IMG/VR virus record: IMGVR_UViG_3300043788_000169 | Location: 32,001-96,000 of that record | Source: a virus | DNA: 64,000 nucleotides | Reading direction: 5' to 3' (one strand) | In this document: in pieces, positions 1-9,130 of the stretch | How the letters are laid out: every line of letters starts with the position of its first letter | How positions within the stretch are numbered: position 1 is the first letter of the stretch | The notes under the pieces: model-generated | Told to the model about the DNA's origin: nothing | Databases searched by the model: none | The model's input: the letters and a program-made list of their open reading frames with translations, nothing else | Made by a program: the position numbers and the translations under genes

Positions 1-21
1 GAGCAGAGCCGTACCCGCCGC

Positions 22-345
22 GTGGCCACGCCTGCCGGAGTGCGCCGGTACCGCCGCAGCATGGGCCAGCCGATCATCCTCACCCACCCGCCGCGGGTGT
101 GGCTTGGCCGGCTGCCGGGCCCTAAGCGCCATCCGCGGTGCGAGTGCTGGCTGGAGCTGCACATCCTCACCGAGGCCGGGCCGCCGCCGGCCCCGCTGCG
201 CAGTGAGGAGCCGGCTGAGCGGATGTATGCGCGGGCCTCTGACATCGCGGCCCTGCCCGAGCCCCAGTACATGAGCCTCATGGCGTTCCTGCGTGCGGCC
301 ACGCACGAGCTGGGGCAGGTACTGCGGAGGCTGAAGGGCCTGTGA
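22..345 (+). CDS. hypothetical phage protein (may begin upstream of the window)
   Basis: ORF with high-GC coding pattern; its stop overlaps the next start. Confidence 0.45.
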   Translation: MATPAGVRRYRRSMGQPIILTHPPRVWLGRLPGPKRHPRCECWLELHILTEAGPPPAPLRSEEPAERMYARASDIAALPEPQYMSLMAFLRAATHELGQVLRRLKGL

Positions 346-563
346 TGACGCTGCGCTACCGGGCCCATACCCGGCTGCCGTACGCCATGGCGCTGAGGGA
401 TCTGGCTGAGTACGCCCACACTCACCCGGACCCGGACTTCACGTTCGGGCCCATGACGTTGGAGCGCATGGAGAGCGAAGGCTTGGTCATTTCCGGGCCC
501 GGTCTGGAGGGTGTCAAGGCCCTCCTGAGCAGCGTTTCTGGTCTGGTCGAGTCGGATTCTTAG
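342..563 (+). CDS. hypothetical protein
   Basis: 73-aa ORF coupled to the upstream stop; ends at promoter repeat 1. Confidence 0.55.
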   Translation: MMTLRYRAHTRLPYAMALRDLAEYAHTHPDPDFTFGPMTLERMESEGLVISGPGLEGVKALLSSVSGLVESDS

Positions 564-593
564 TTGACACGTGTCTACCGCACGTGCTAGGTT
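563..593 (+). promoter_or_regulatory. repeat promoter/operator copy 1 (TTGACA-N18-TAGGTT), leaderless into ATG 600
   Basis: GTTGACACGTGTCTACC at 563-579; TAGGTT at 588-593; ATG 6 nt later with no RBS. Confidence 0.8.
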
Positions 594-599
594 TCTCCT

Positions 600-1697
600 A
601 TGACCACGATGCAGAGGCTTCGGCCTAGTCAGGTGCTGGGTGTCCAGGCAGAGCTGCGTGAGCGCTTCACCAAGCCGAGCCCGTATCTGAAGCACTGGCT
701 ACAGGAGATGGCTCGGTCTATGGACGCGTCCAGCGCGTTCCGGCGGCAGCTGATGTTTTACCCCTATGAGCCTCACCTGGATGAGGCTCATGCTGGGCTG
801 TTCGCTCAGTCTCTTGGCCGTGGCCTGTTCTCTGCGGAGACCTACCAGATCACCGACCACATGGTGGGGATTCTGGAGGATCTGTACTGGAACACCGTTA
901 AAAAAGGCGGGGCTGAGGCCGTGGAGGAGGAGCTGCTGCCCAGCAAGGCAGGCTTCATCTGGTATGACCGCCCCGTTGAGCTGCGCGAGCGCACTGGTGG
1001 TGTGGTGAGTATCCGGGCGGTCAGCTGGAATCCACAGGTTTTCTACTACGCCCAGACCGACGGGTTCGGCCGTGCCTCCATTCCGGTGGTCCGGGATGGC
1101 GTCCGGCTGAGTTTCTGGCAGCTTCGCGGAGATCCTACGGACTGGTCCGAGGTCATGGATTCGGAGGCTTCCCGCCAGGGAGATCTGCTGCTCCAGCACA
1201 CCGTGGCCTTGTCGTTCGGTGAGCGTTATCCGGTGCAGGCGATCACCGACTCCGCTGGTGATTCGATCAAGGGCAACTCGGTGCTGCACTGGGCCATCGT
1301 CACCTGGATGCTGCTGGACACTGAGATCGCCGCGGAGCAGCGTCAGCGTCCGGAGCAGCACAGCCGCCGGGCTAGGCAGGTAGCCCGCTCGCTCAAGCAC
1401 AATGAGGTCCGGGTCATCACACTGCGCCGGTCCAGCAAGCCCCAGGACGCCGATCACGTGGTGCAGCACCGCGACGTCGACTGGACGTGCTGCTGGGTGG
1501 TGGACGGCTTCTGGCGCCACATCGAGTCTTATGATGAAGACCTGTTCAAGAAAGGCCATCAGGCCAGGACCGACAAGGGCACTTCGCCGCGGTGCACGGT
1601 TTGCGGTGCGAAGATCACCCGGGTGAAATCCCACATCCGCGGCCCGGACTGGAAGCCGTTGCGTAACCCGGACCGGCTGTACCTGCTCAAGCGGTAA
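600..1697 (+). CDS. phage protein of unknown function
   Basis: 365-aa ORF with C-terminal VITLRR...WVVDGFWRH...VKSHIRGP motif and a CxxC. Confidence 0.8.
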   Translation: MTTMQRLRPSQVLGVQAELRERFTKPSPYLKHWLQEMARSMDASSAFRRQLMFYPYEPHLDEAHAGLFAQSLGRGLFSAETYQITDHMVGILEDLYWNTVKKGGAEAVEEELLPSKAGFIWYDRPVELRERTGGVVSIRAVSWNPQVFYYAQTDGFGRASIPVVRDGVRLSFWQLRGDPTDWSEVMDSEASRQGDLLLQHTVALSFGERYPVQAITDSAGDSIKGNSVLHWAIVTWMLLDTEIAAEQRQRPEQHSRRARQVARSLKHNEVRVITLRRSSKPQDADHVVQHRDVDWTCCWVVDGFWRHIESYDEDLFKKGHQARTDKGTSPRCTVCGAKITRVKSHIRGPDWKPLRNPDRLYLLKR

Positions 1698-1848
1698 GCC
1701 GGTGCTAGTCTGATAGCTGGTCCCCTGGCTCAGAACCCCAGAGACCGGCACCGAATGCACAGGCAGAGGCCCCAAGTACGCGCCACATAGCCCATCGGCC
1801 GGGCGGCGACCGAAAACGGGGCCTTTGCTGTTTCCCGATGATCTGCGC

Positions 1849-3090
1849 ATGGACCAGGTCATCATCCCGTGCCCGGCCGGAGGCGAATACTCCGAGATCG
1901 AGCTGGCGCGCGACCGCCAGGCCAAAGGCACCGTCTTCCGCAAGCACCTGCTGAACCTCGGCACACTGCACCACCCGAAGACCGGCGAGCCCCTGCAGCT
2001 GGATGACGCGTGGTATGGCCAGCTCAAGGCCAACTTCGACAACCAGGTCTGCGACATCGTCCAGGTCCCGCTTGCCGACGGCCAGAACCACCACACCGAG
2101 GACCCCCGGTCCAACGTGGGCGAGGTCATCGGGATCGAGCGCGAGGGCAACAAGATCTACAGCCTGGTCGACGTGCGCGATCCCAAGGCCGTCGAGGGCC
2201 TGCGCAGCGGCACGTTGCTCGGCGCGAGCGCCTTCCTGCACATGGACTACAAGGACACGCGCACGAACAAGAACGTCGGCCCGACGCTGCTGCACCACTG
2301 CATCACCAACCGCCCGTACGTCACCGGCCTGGAGGACTACCAGGAGGTCGTGGCTGCCACCGCCCCCGGCGGCAGTGAGGTGGTCGTGCTGGCCTCGGCG
2401 CCCGATGTCAATTCTGACCCCCCAGCCGATAAGGCACACGACGCAGCGACCCAGGAGGAGCTGTCCATGACCAAGGAAGAGATGCTGGCCGCTCTCAAGG
2501 CCGAGCACGGCATCGACGTTGAGGCTCTCCAGGTCCAGGCGTCCCAGCCCGCTCCCCCGGCAGCACCGCTCGATGAGGGCAAGCTCGTCGCTGCGTTCAC
2601 CGCGGCGCTGCAGCAGGCAGCTCCGACGCTGAGCCTGAGCAACACGCAGACCGAGGACGGCGCGCTTCAGCTGTCCGACGTCGTCGGGGCCGTGGCCGAG
2701 CTGGCTGGCCAGCACCGCGCATTCGGGGACCGGATCGTCGGCCTGGAGCGCGAGCGCGCCGAGCAGGAGATCGACATCTACATCTCCGAGGGTCGCGTGC
2801 TGCCCAAGCAGCGTGAGGCGTACGTGACCATGGCGCTGACCAACCGCGACCAGCTGGAGGTCATGCTCCCGGACAAGGCGATCGTGGCGCTCAACGCCCA
2901 GAAGGGCACTGGCGGCCGGCCGCAGGGCGAGCAGAAGCAGCAGCTGGACATCGACCAGGAGATCCTGCGGCTGACCGCCGAGAACGCCCAGATCTTCGAC
3001 CCGGAGGCTGCGCGCGACCCGCGCGCCCGTGTGATCGCCGCGAACGCGGCTGCCCAGGCAGCCCAGCTCGCGCTGACCAGCGGCAGCTGA
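1849..3090 (+). CDS. capsid maturation protease / scaffold (Mu gpI-like)
   Basis: Lies before decoration and capsid genes; N-terminal protease-like domain (LLHHCITNRPY) and helical C-terminus; start moved from 1825 to ATG 1849, 9 nt after CCGAT. Confidence 0.7.
   Translation: MDQVIIPCPAGGEYSEIELARDRQAKGTVFRKHLLNLGTLHHPKTGEPLQLDDAWYGQLKANFDNQVCDIVQVPLADGQNHHTEDPRSNVGEVIGIEREGNKIYSLVDVRDPKAVEGLRSGTLLGASAFLHMDYKDTRTNKNVGPTLLHHCITNRPYVTGLEDYQEVVAATAPGGSEVVVLASAPDVNSDPPADKAHDAATQEELSMTKEEMLAALKAEHGIDVEALQVQASQPAPPAAPLDEGKLVAAFTAALQQAAPTLSLSNTQTEDGALQLSDVVGAVAELAGQHRAFGDRIVGLERERAEQEIDIYISEGRVLPKQREAYVTMALTNRDQLEVMLPDKAIVALNAQKGTGGRPQGEQKQQLDIDQEILRLTAENAQIFDPEAARDPRARVIAANAAAQAAQLALTSGS
2467..3090 (+). 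CDS. putative in-frame nested scaffolding protein
   Basis: Internal AGGAGGAG RBS (2453-2460), in-frame ATG 2467 (MTKEEMLAALK), GCCGATAA at 2425-2432. Confidence 0.55.
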   Translation: MTKEEMLAALKAEHGIDVEALQVQASQPAPPAAPLDEGKLVAAFTAALQQAAPTLSLSNTQTEDGALQLSDVVGAVAELAGQHRAFGDRIVGLERERAEQEIDIYISEGRVLPKQREAYVTMALTNRDQLEVMLPDKAIVALNAQKGTGGRPQGEQKQQLDIDQEILRLTAENAQIFDPEAARDPRARVIAANAAAQAAQLALTSGS

Positions 3091-3143
3091 GCCCGCTCCG
3101 ACCGACCCGCCCGGCCAACTACGTCTGAGGGAGAGAACTCCAG

Positions 3144-3671
3144 GTGGCCACATACGACAGCTTTGAGTTCGACTACATCCCGGCGTACACGAAGCCGACG
3201 CACGAGTACGGCCAGGAGCTGGGCACCGCCCCGTACGCCAGCCAGTTCATGGCTCCGGTCGTCCGGGAGCTGCTCAAGTCCTACGCGGCCTTCACCCAGA
3301 AGGGCGTCACGCTCGCGGGCGGCAACGGCATTCTGCCGACCGGCTGTGTGCTGGCGATGCAGACCGCGAACCAGCTGTACTACCCGTACAACGCGACGGC
3401 CAGCGACGGTACGCAGAACGCCCTGGGCGTGCTGCGCGATGCCCGCGACACGGGCGGCACCAGCGACCCGACCGGCCAGACCGCGACGGCGTGCCTCGGC
3501 AACCTGGTCTACCGCGGCATCCTGGACCTGACGCTGGTCTCCGGCACCGACACGACCTCGCTGGTCTCCGGCGGCACCGGCACGGGTGGCGGCATTGGCT
3601 CGGGTACCACGGGCGTGGTCACTCAGCTCAAGGCCCGCACCGACACGGTCAACGGGCTGTTCATCTTCTAG
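3144..3671 (+). CDS. head decoration protein (lambda gpD-like)
   Basis: GVTLAGGNGILPTGCVLA...YYPYNATASDG...ALGVL pattern; between scaffold and capsid. Confidence 0.7.
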   Translation: MATYDSFEFDYIPAYTKPTHEYGQELGTAPYASQFMAPVVRELLKSYAAFTQKGVTLAGGNGILPTGCVLAMQTANQLYYPYNATASDGTQNALGVLRDARDTGGTSDPTGQTATACLGNLVYRGILDLTLVSGTDTTSLVSGGTGTGGGIGSGTTGVVTQLKARTDTVNGLFIF

Positions 3672-3736
3672 CTGTGAGCTAGGGTGGGGTTGCTGGCTTC
3701 AAAGTCGCAGAAGTCCAGGGATCGCACAGGCAGAGC

Positions 3737-3771
3737 GGGCGCTCCTCCACGCCGGGGGAGGCGCCCGTTTT
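3737..3771 (+). terminator. intrinsic terminator-like hairpin
   Basis: GGGCGC...GCGCCC stem followed by GTTTT. Confidence 0.6.
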
Positions 3772-3794
3772 GTCGTCAGATGTGTAATAGCGGT

Positions 3795-4040
3795 ATGTCC
3801 GAGCTTAATTTCGCTGACCTCACATGGCAGCCCAGGTGGAACCAGGCGGCCGGCGTCGCGGCCCTGTCCCAGATCGGCGCCGACGTCATGGCTACCAACT
3901 TCATGGGTGTGCTGCGGTTCCGGCTGGACCAAGATGCGGATGTCGCGGCGATCGTCAACTGTGCCCGGAGGTTTGCTGATCTGGTGGAGGAGACCAAGCG
4001 CGAGTATGACGCGGCGGTCCTTCCCCGACCTCCGGGGTAG
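3795..4040 (+). CDS. small hypothetical protein inserted in the head operon
   Basis: MSELNFADL... 81 aa, ATG 3795 in frame with ORF 3684..4040. Confidence 0.55.
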   Translation: MSELNFADLTWQPRWNQAAGVAALSQIGADVMATNFMGVLRFRLDQDADVAAIVNCARRFADLVEETKREYDAAVLPRPPG

Positions 4041-4109
4041 CTGACTGCAAGTCCGGGTTCATCAGCCGATAGAGCACAGCAGTACCGCTCCGCGTGACAT
4101 CCCAGGGAG

Positions 4110-5375
4110 ATGGCTGTGCCAAACATTTCGCTGCTTGAGCCGATGGTCCTGCGCGGCGTCGTGGAGAAGTTCACCGTGCCGGAGTCGCTGGTCATGCTCA
4201 ACCGGCTCGACCAGACGCCATGGCCGTGGCCATACGCGACCTGGGATGTGATTAAGGGCTCGCGCATGATGGCCGCGCCCAACGTGCCGAACGCGGAAGC
4301 GCACATCGTGTCTCGCCTCGGCCGGTCGCAGGAGACCGCGAGCTTCGTGTACCTGCGCGAGAAGAAGATCTTCGAGCCGACCACGCTGCACTGGCTGCGC
4401 GTGCCTGGCGAGCTGGCCCGGGTCAACGCCGAGCAGAGCGTGCTGCGCGAGGTCAACGACCTCAACCAGCGCTTCGACAACTTCGCGGAGTGGCTCATCT
4501 GGCAGGCGATGGGTGGCTCGATCGTCTTCCAGAGCGGCCAGGGCTTCGCTGGCACCTCCGGCCCGACGGGCCCAAGCGGGATCTCCAGCGGTGCGGGCGA
4601 CGTCCAGGCGACGGTCGACTTCAAGTTCCCGTCCAGCCACTTCGTCCAGCCCGCGGTCCCGTGGCTGGCCAACAGTGCGCTGACGTGGGGCACGACTGGC
4701 GTGGGTGCCAACACCACGCTGAACCAGGCCAACACCAACCTGCAGGCCGGCGGCGGCTCGATCTCCTACGCGACCCCGATGGAGATCGTGGAGGACATCC
4801 GGAGCTGGAAGCGGATCGTCCAGATCCACGGCCGCGTCCCGGCCACGGAGGTCTTCGCCACCTCGGTCACCCTCGCTGCGATGTTCGAGGCGTGGGTCCA
4901 GGCTGGCCAGGGCTCCACCGTCAACATCCCGGCCACGATGCTCAGCGACCGGATGAAGGACGAATATTACTCGTCCGGCACGCTCTCGGGCTTCATGGGC
5001 CTGACCTGGAACACCGTCGAGGAAGTCTTCGAGAACACCTCGGGCGTCCTGACGTTCTTCGTCCCCGACGGCATGCTCTACATGGGCAACTACAGCGACC
5101 AGCGGCCGCTGGAGCTGCTGATCGGCCCGACCGCGGACGACGAGGCGCCTGACGGCTTCACCGGCAAGTACGCCAAGACGTGGAAGGAAAAGGACCCGTC
5201 GGCGCGGCAGTACCTGCTGGAGTGGAACCTCCTGCCGATCGTGACCCGGCCCGAGCAGATGCTCGTGGTCGACGGCATCATCGCCAACAACACGACCACG
5301 GCTACCTACGCCGGCGGTTCGGGCGGCAGCCTCCAGACCTACCCGTACTACTTCAACCAGAACCCGACCGATTGA
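4110..5375 (+). CDS. major capsid protein (lambda gpE-like HK97 fold)
   Basis: 421 aa; REKKIF, EWLIWQAM, VDFKFPSSH and WKEKDPS...LPIV motifs typical of capsid E family; synteny; start could be GTG 4116. Confidence 0.85.
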   Translation: MAVPNISLLEPMVLRGVVEKFTVPESLVMLNRLDQTPWPWPYATWDVIKGSRMMAAPNVPNAEAHIVSRLGRSQETASFVYLREKKIFEPTTLHWLRVPGELARVNAEQSVLREVNDLNQRFDNFAEWLIWQAMGGSIVFQSGQGFAGTSGPTGPSGISSGAGDVQATVDFKFPSSHFVQPAVPWLANSALTWGTTGVGANTTLNQANTNLQAGGGSISYATPMEIVEDIRSWKRIVQIHGRVPATEVFATSVTLAAMFEAWVQAGQGSTVNIPATMLSDRMKDEYYSSGTLSGFMGLTWNTVEEVFENTSGVLTFFVPDGMLYMGNYSDQRPLELLIGPTADDEAPDGFTGKYAKTWKEKDPSARQYLLEWNLLPIVTRPEQMLVVDGIIANNTTTATYAGGSGGSLQTYPYYFNQNPTD

Positions 5376-5401
5376 TCCAGCATCCGCTGAGCTGCTGGAC
5401 A

Positions 5402-5437
5402 AAGGACCCCGGTGTGCAGGGAGGCGCCGGGGTCCTT
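5402..5437 (+). terminator. hairpin after capsid gene
   Basis: AAGGACCCCGG...CCGGGGTCCTT inverted repeat. Confidence 0.65.
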
Positions 5438-5453
5438 GCGCTGAGGAGGACCC

Positions 5454-5705
5454 GTGCAGGCAGGCCACACCGACCGGCTGCTGGCGCAGCTCCAGAGCAT
5501 CGAAGGTCGCCAGCTGATGGTAGGAACCATGCCTGCGAGCGGCCTGGTGGTGCCGCCTGGCGGGGACATCAGCGTCTCCCCGGACGGCATGATCCTCACC
5601 GATGCCGTCGGCGTGCCGCAGTATTACGTTCACTCCAGCGGGATCGTGGTGGGGTACGCCCGTGCCAGGACGGACGGGAACGGGGACGACGACAGCCCGT
5701 CCTGA
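5454..5705 (+). CDS. hypothetical protein
   Basis: GAGGAGG RBS, 83 aa. Confidence 0.6.
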   Translation: MQAGHTDRLLAQLQSIEGRQLMVGTMPASGLVVPPGGDISVSPDGMILTDAVGVPQYYVHSSGIVVGYARARTDGNGDDDSPS

Positions 5706-5718
5706 CGATGCTCTCCGC

Positions 5719-6426
5719 ATGAGCGGTGTGAGTAAGCGCGGTCAGCTGGCTGATCCGGTAGGCATGGCCCCCGAACTTCCAACGGAAGAGCCTGTTTCGT
5801 TGGAAGTTGCTCCCGAACTACCAACTCAGCTTGCATGTGGCTACGGTCACCCGGTTGCTGAGGGTGCGAAGTTCTGCCCCGAGTGTGGGCAGCCGCTCGT
5901 GGCGCCTCCCCCGGCCCGGGAAGAGGCTCCGGCCGCGCTGAACGCGCCCGTGGACCCCCGGCCCAAGCCAGAGGCTGAGCTGACCGACGAGGAGCGCGCG
6001 GAGCGCCAGCGGCAGCACCTGCTGGCCATGGAGGCCGGCCGGCGCGATCCCGGCGTCCAGTTCGCCAGCCCGCCGCCCAACCGCGAGACGGTGCTCATTC
6101 ACATGGTGGAGGACGGCCTGACCGCGTTCGGGGTCGTCTGGTTCCGCGGCCAGGAGCTGGAGATCGAGGTCAACGGGCCACGGTGGAGCGAGGCCCGCAA
6201 GTGGATCCTGCTGGACGACGCGCAGCAGATGCTGCGGTGGAAGAAGATCATGTTCCGCCGCGGGCCGTGGCCCGGCCTCCGCTCCTACCGCGGTGCTCAG
6301 TTCATGCCGCTGCGGGCCATGTCCGGTGAGGGGGCTCTCGCGCCGATCACTCCCGATGCGCTCATGCAGGCGGATGCGGCCGAGGCCCGGCGCGGCCGCG
6401 GGATACCCGTGCTGCCGAGGGCCTGA
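5719..6426 (+). CDS. zinc-ribbon-containing protein
   Basis: CGYGH...FCPECG; start ATG 5719 is 9 nt after ACGAT. Confidence 0.7.
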   Translation: MSGVSKRGQLADPVGMAPELPTEEPVSLEVAPELPTQLACGYGHPVAEGAKFCPECGQPLVAPPPAREEAPAALNAPVDPRPKPEAELTDEERAERQRQHLLAMEAGRRDPGVQFASPPPNRETVLIHMVEDGLTAFGVVWFRGQELEIEVNGPRWSEARKWILLDDAQQMLRWKKIMFRRGPWPGLRSYRGAQFMPLRAMSGEGALAPITPDALMQADAAEARRGRGIPVLPRA

Positions 6427-6444
6427 GCAGGTAATCTTTTACCC

Positions 6445-6645
6445 GTGACCGACGTCGATGTTGATGCCACCGAGGCTAACGCCCGGCAGGTCCGCGGCCG
6501 GTCGGTGGCGTGCCCGCCGCGGGAGGCCGCTCATCCCGGATGCGGGGCGCCGGCCGGAGAGCCGTGCCGGACCAGAGCCGGAGTGATCACCGCGACCCAT
6601 CAGGCGCGCTGGGCTGCGTACTACCAGGAGCACCCCGACCGCTGA
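6445..6645 (+). CDS. small zinc-finger protein
   Basis: CP...CGAPAGEPC...H pattern; TAATCT 7 nt before the GTG. Confidence 0.6.
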   Translation: MTDVDVDATEANARQVRGRSVACPPREAAHPGCGAPAGEPCRTRAGVITATHQARWAAYYQEHPDR

Positions 6646-6661
6646 GCCCGATAGTCTGGGT

Positions 6662-7288
6662 GTGTACGAGGTCCCGACGCTTGATGAGCTGTCCCAGTTT
6701 TCCGGGCGTCCGTCGTCGTCTTATACCAGCTTCGCCACCAATGCCCTGATACAGTCCACCATCATCTGGACTGCGCTGACCCAGATCACCGACTCCTCGC
6801 TGCTGTGCAGCACCGATGACCAGAACCTGGCCCAGTGGGGGATCTGCGCGTACGCCGACTACCTCTACCTGCGCCAGCCCTACCAGCAGGTGATCGCGAA
6901 CCCGCTGCAGAACGAGTCGATCGGGTCGTACTCTTACAGCAAGCCCATGGCCGAGATGGCTCGCAACGCCCAGGCCATGGAGGTCCAGAGCGAGACCACG
7001 GGCGTCTACCTGTTCGACCTGAGTGTGCGCCTGCTCGCCGTCCGCACCCGCGCCGGCGGGGTCTTCCACGGCGGGGTCACGCTGTTCGAGCGCACCAGCA
7101 CCGGGCACCCGGAAGGCTGGAGCGAGGGCGAGGGGCAGATGGCTGTGCGGTTCGACGGCGCCGGGATGTTCGTGGACCGCTACAACGGCCGGTGGGTGGT
7201 CCGCGGTCCGGACGAGTTCAACCTGGTCGACTGGAACATGATCGACATCAACGCCGAGATATTTCCCGCTGATCCAGGCATCGGCTAG
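6662..7288 (+). CDS. head-to-tail adaptor
   Basis: ESIGSYSYS motif typical of adaptor proteins; position after capsid. Confidence 0.7.
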   Translation: MYEVPTLDELSQFSGRPSSSYTSFATNALIQSTIIWTALTQITDSSLLCSTDDQNLAQWGICAYADYLYLRQPYQQVIANPLQNESIGSYSYSKPMAEMARNAQAMEVQSETTGVYLFDLSVRLLAVRTRAGGVFHGGVTLFERTSTGHPEGWSEGEGQMAVRFDGAGMFVDRYNGRWVVRGPDEFNLVDWNMIDINAEIFPADPGIG

Positions 7289-7297
7289 CCTGCGCGC

Positions 7298-7573
7298 ATG
7301 TTGCCTGGCCCGCCGTCCTTGGCCAGCACGGCTACCGAGGGTGCTAACTGGCCGTTGCCTCGCCGCCCGGAGCCGGTGCTCCCCAAGGACGGCCCTACGG
7401 CAGACCGGCACCTCGGCCTGTGGTGCGGTTGCCCGCTGCTGGAGTGCTGTCACAACGAGGATCAGTTCGAGCACCGCGGTCGCCACATCGACCTCGGCAG
7501 TCCCCGGTCGGGCTACCTGCTGCCCTGGACTGATGACGAGTACGCAGAAGACCAGCGTGCTGGTCTCGTCTAG
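7298..7573 (+). CDS. hypothetical Cys/His-containing protein
   Basis: 91-aa ORF filling the gap between adaptor and stopper. Confidence 0.45.
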   Translation: MLPGPPSLASTATEGANWPLPRRPEPVLPKDGPTADRHLGLWCGCPLLECCHNEDQFEHRGRHIDLGSPRSGYLLPWTDDEYAEDQRAGLV

Positions 7574-7588
7574 CCCGATAACCACCGT

Positions 7589-8095
7589 GTGAGCATCACG
7601 CCTCCCGAGCCGTACATCCCGTTCGCTCCCCTGCAGGGGTCCATGCGGGCCCTGTACCACTCGATGGTGCAGGTTACGAGGCTGCAGGCCACCATCACCC
7701 CCGACGGCGCCGCGAACATGTCCTGGAGCCCGGTGGGGGTGGTGTTCGACATGTTCCTGAACACCCCCAGCTACATGATGTGCCGCCTGGACCTGCAGTT
7801 CGTCCGCCGCGGTGTCGACCAGCCGCCCGCGCTCGTCGCCGGCAAGGCGCCGGACCGCGTCGGGGTGATCTACTACGACCCGGTCACCGACCCGCTGACC
7901 GGCGTGCCGCTGATCCTGGCCGGCGACCGGCTGGTGTGCGTATCCGGCCCGGTGATGGGCACCTTCGAGCTGCGGGTCGTGCCCGACGTCGCCCAGGATC
8001 TGATCGGTGCTCACCACGTCGAGACCCAGATCGTGGAGGTCAGCCAGGCGCTGCAGCCTGGTTCGATCCAGCCGTTCCCCGGCAGTGGCCCGTGA
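7589..8095 (+). CDS. putative head-to-tail stopper
   Basis: Synteny; ILAGDRL...GAHHVETQI beta-rich pattern. Confidence 0.6.
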   Translation: MSITPPEPYIPFAPLQGSMRALYHSMVQVTRLQATITPDGAANMSWSPVGVVFDMFLNTPSYMMCRLDLQFVRRGVDQPPALVAGKAPDRVGVIYYDPVTDPLTGVPLILAGDRLVCVSGPVMGTFELRVVPDVAQDLIGAHHVETQIVEVSQALQPGSIQPFPGSGP

Positions 8096-8469
8096 GCTTC
8101 CGCCTGACGGTCGACGCCTCCCGTGCCCTTGCCGAGCTGGACCGCCTCGCCCGCGGGCCGGATCCCGGCACCTTCGAGGTTCCGCTGGCCGCCGCCACCG
8201 CGGCGACCGCCTCGCGCGTGCACAAGCTCACCGGCAGGCTGGCGGAGAGTGGTCACCCCAGCAGCGAGATGAGCGAGGGCCGGTGGGAGGGCACGCTGGC
8301 CTACGCCCGCTACCCTGGCATCTTCGAGCTGGCCCGCGGCAACCGGCCGACCAAGAACCACCCCGAGGGCAAGCACTTCTTCTTCGATCCCGGCGGCGAG
8401 AACTACCTGCAGGGCGTTCGGCGCGCACTGGTGGCCTACGTCACCGACGGAGACGAGACCGATCTCTAG
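8092..8469 (+). CDS. putative tail completion / HK97 gp10-like neck protein
   Basis: GTGA overlap start (MSFRLTVDAS); VHKLTGRLAESG motif; synteny. Confidence 0.55.
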   Translation: MSFRLTVDASRALAELDRLARGPDPGTFEVPLAAATAATASRVHKLTGRLAESGHPSSEMSEGRWEGTLAYARYPGIFELARGNRPTKNHPEGKHFFFDPGGENYLQGVRRALVAYVTDGDETDL

Positions 8470-8488
8470 CGCGCCGATTAACTCGGGC

Positions 8489-9115
8489 ATGGGACTGCTG
8501 CAGGAGGTCGTGAGCGTCCGCACCACCCTGCGAGTCGATCGCTGGGATGCGGAGCAGGTGGCCTCGGCGCGGCGCCGGCTGGAGGCCCCGCCCGGTTTTG
8601 AGCCCGATCACCGGCACTTCCGGCTGCTGAATATCAGGCCCTACTCGACCACGGTTGATGAGGACTGCAACCTGGTCACCCAGCAGGGGTGGGTCGCGCT
8701 GCTCGGCGGTATCGCGGGCACGACCATGACCACCAAGTTCTCCGCCTCTCAGGCCCGGATCGGCGCGGGCACCGTGAACACCGCGGCGGCCTATGCCGAC
8801 ACCAAGCTGGGCGGGGACGGAAGCTCCTCTACCGCCTGGTACAAGCTGGTTTCCGGCTCTCCGACGATCTCCACCGGCTCCAGCCCGCCCACTCTGGTCT
8901 TCGTCGCGGCGTTCGGCACCAGCGTGGCCAACTTCGCCTGGGCGGAGTTCGGCACCGACAACGGATCCTCGGACAGCAACACGGTGACCGTTAGCAATCC
9001 CTGCTTCCTCAACCACGGGATCAGCAACCAGGGCACGAAGGCCAGCGGCCAGATCTGGACGGTCACCGAGACGATCACCTTCGGGTACCCGACCGGCGCC
9101 GGCACGGTGTCCTGA
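8489..9115 (+). CDS. putative virion structural protein
   Basis: S/T/G-rich; FGTSVANFAWAEFG motif also echoed in 46210..46641. Confidence 0.65.
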   Translation: MGLLQEVVSVRTTLRVDRWDAEQVASARRRLEAPPGFEPDHRHFRLLNIRPYSTTVDEDCNLVTQQGWVALLGGIAGTTMTTKFSASQARIGAGTVNTAAAYADTKLGGDGSSSTAWYKLVSGSPTISTGSSPPTLVFVAAFGTSVANFAWAEFGTDNGSSDSNTVTVSNPCFLNHGISNQGTKASGQIWTVTETITFGYPTGAGTVS

Positions 9116-9130
9116 CCTGGGCGGCGCCTT

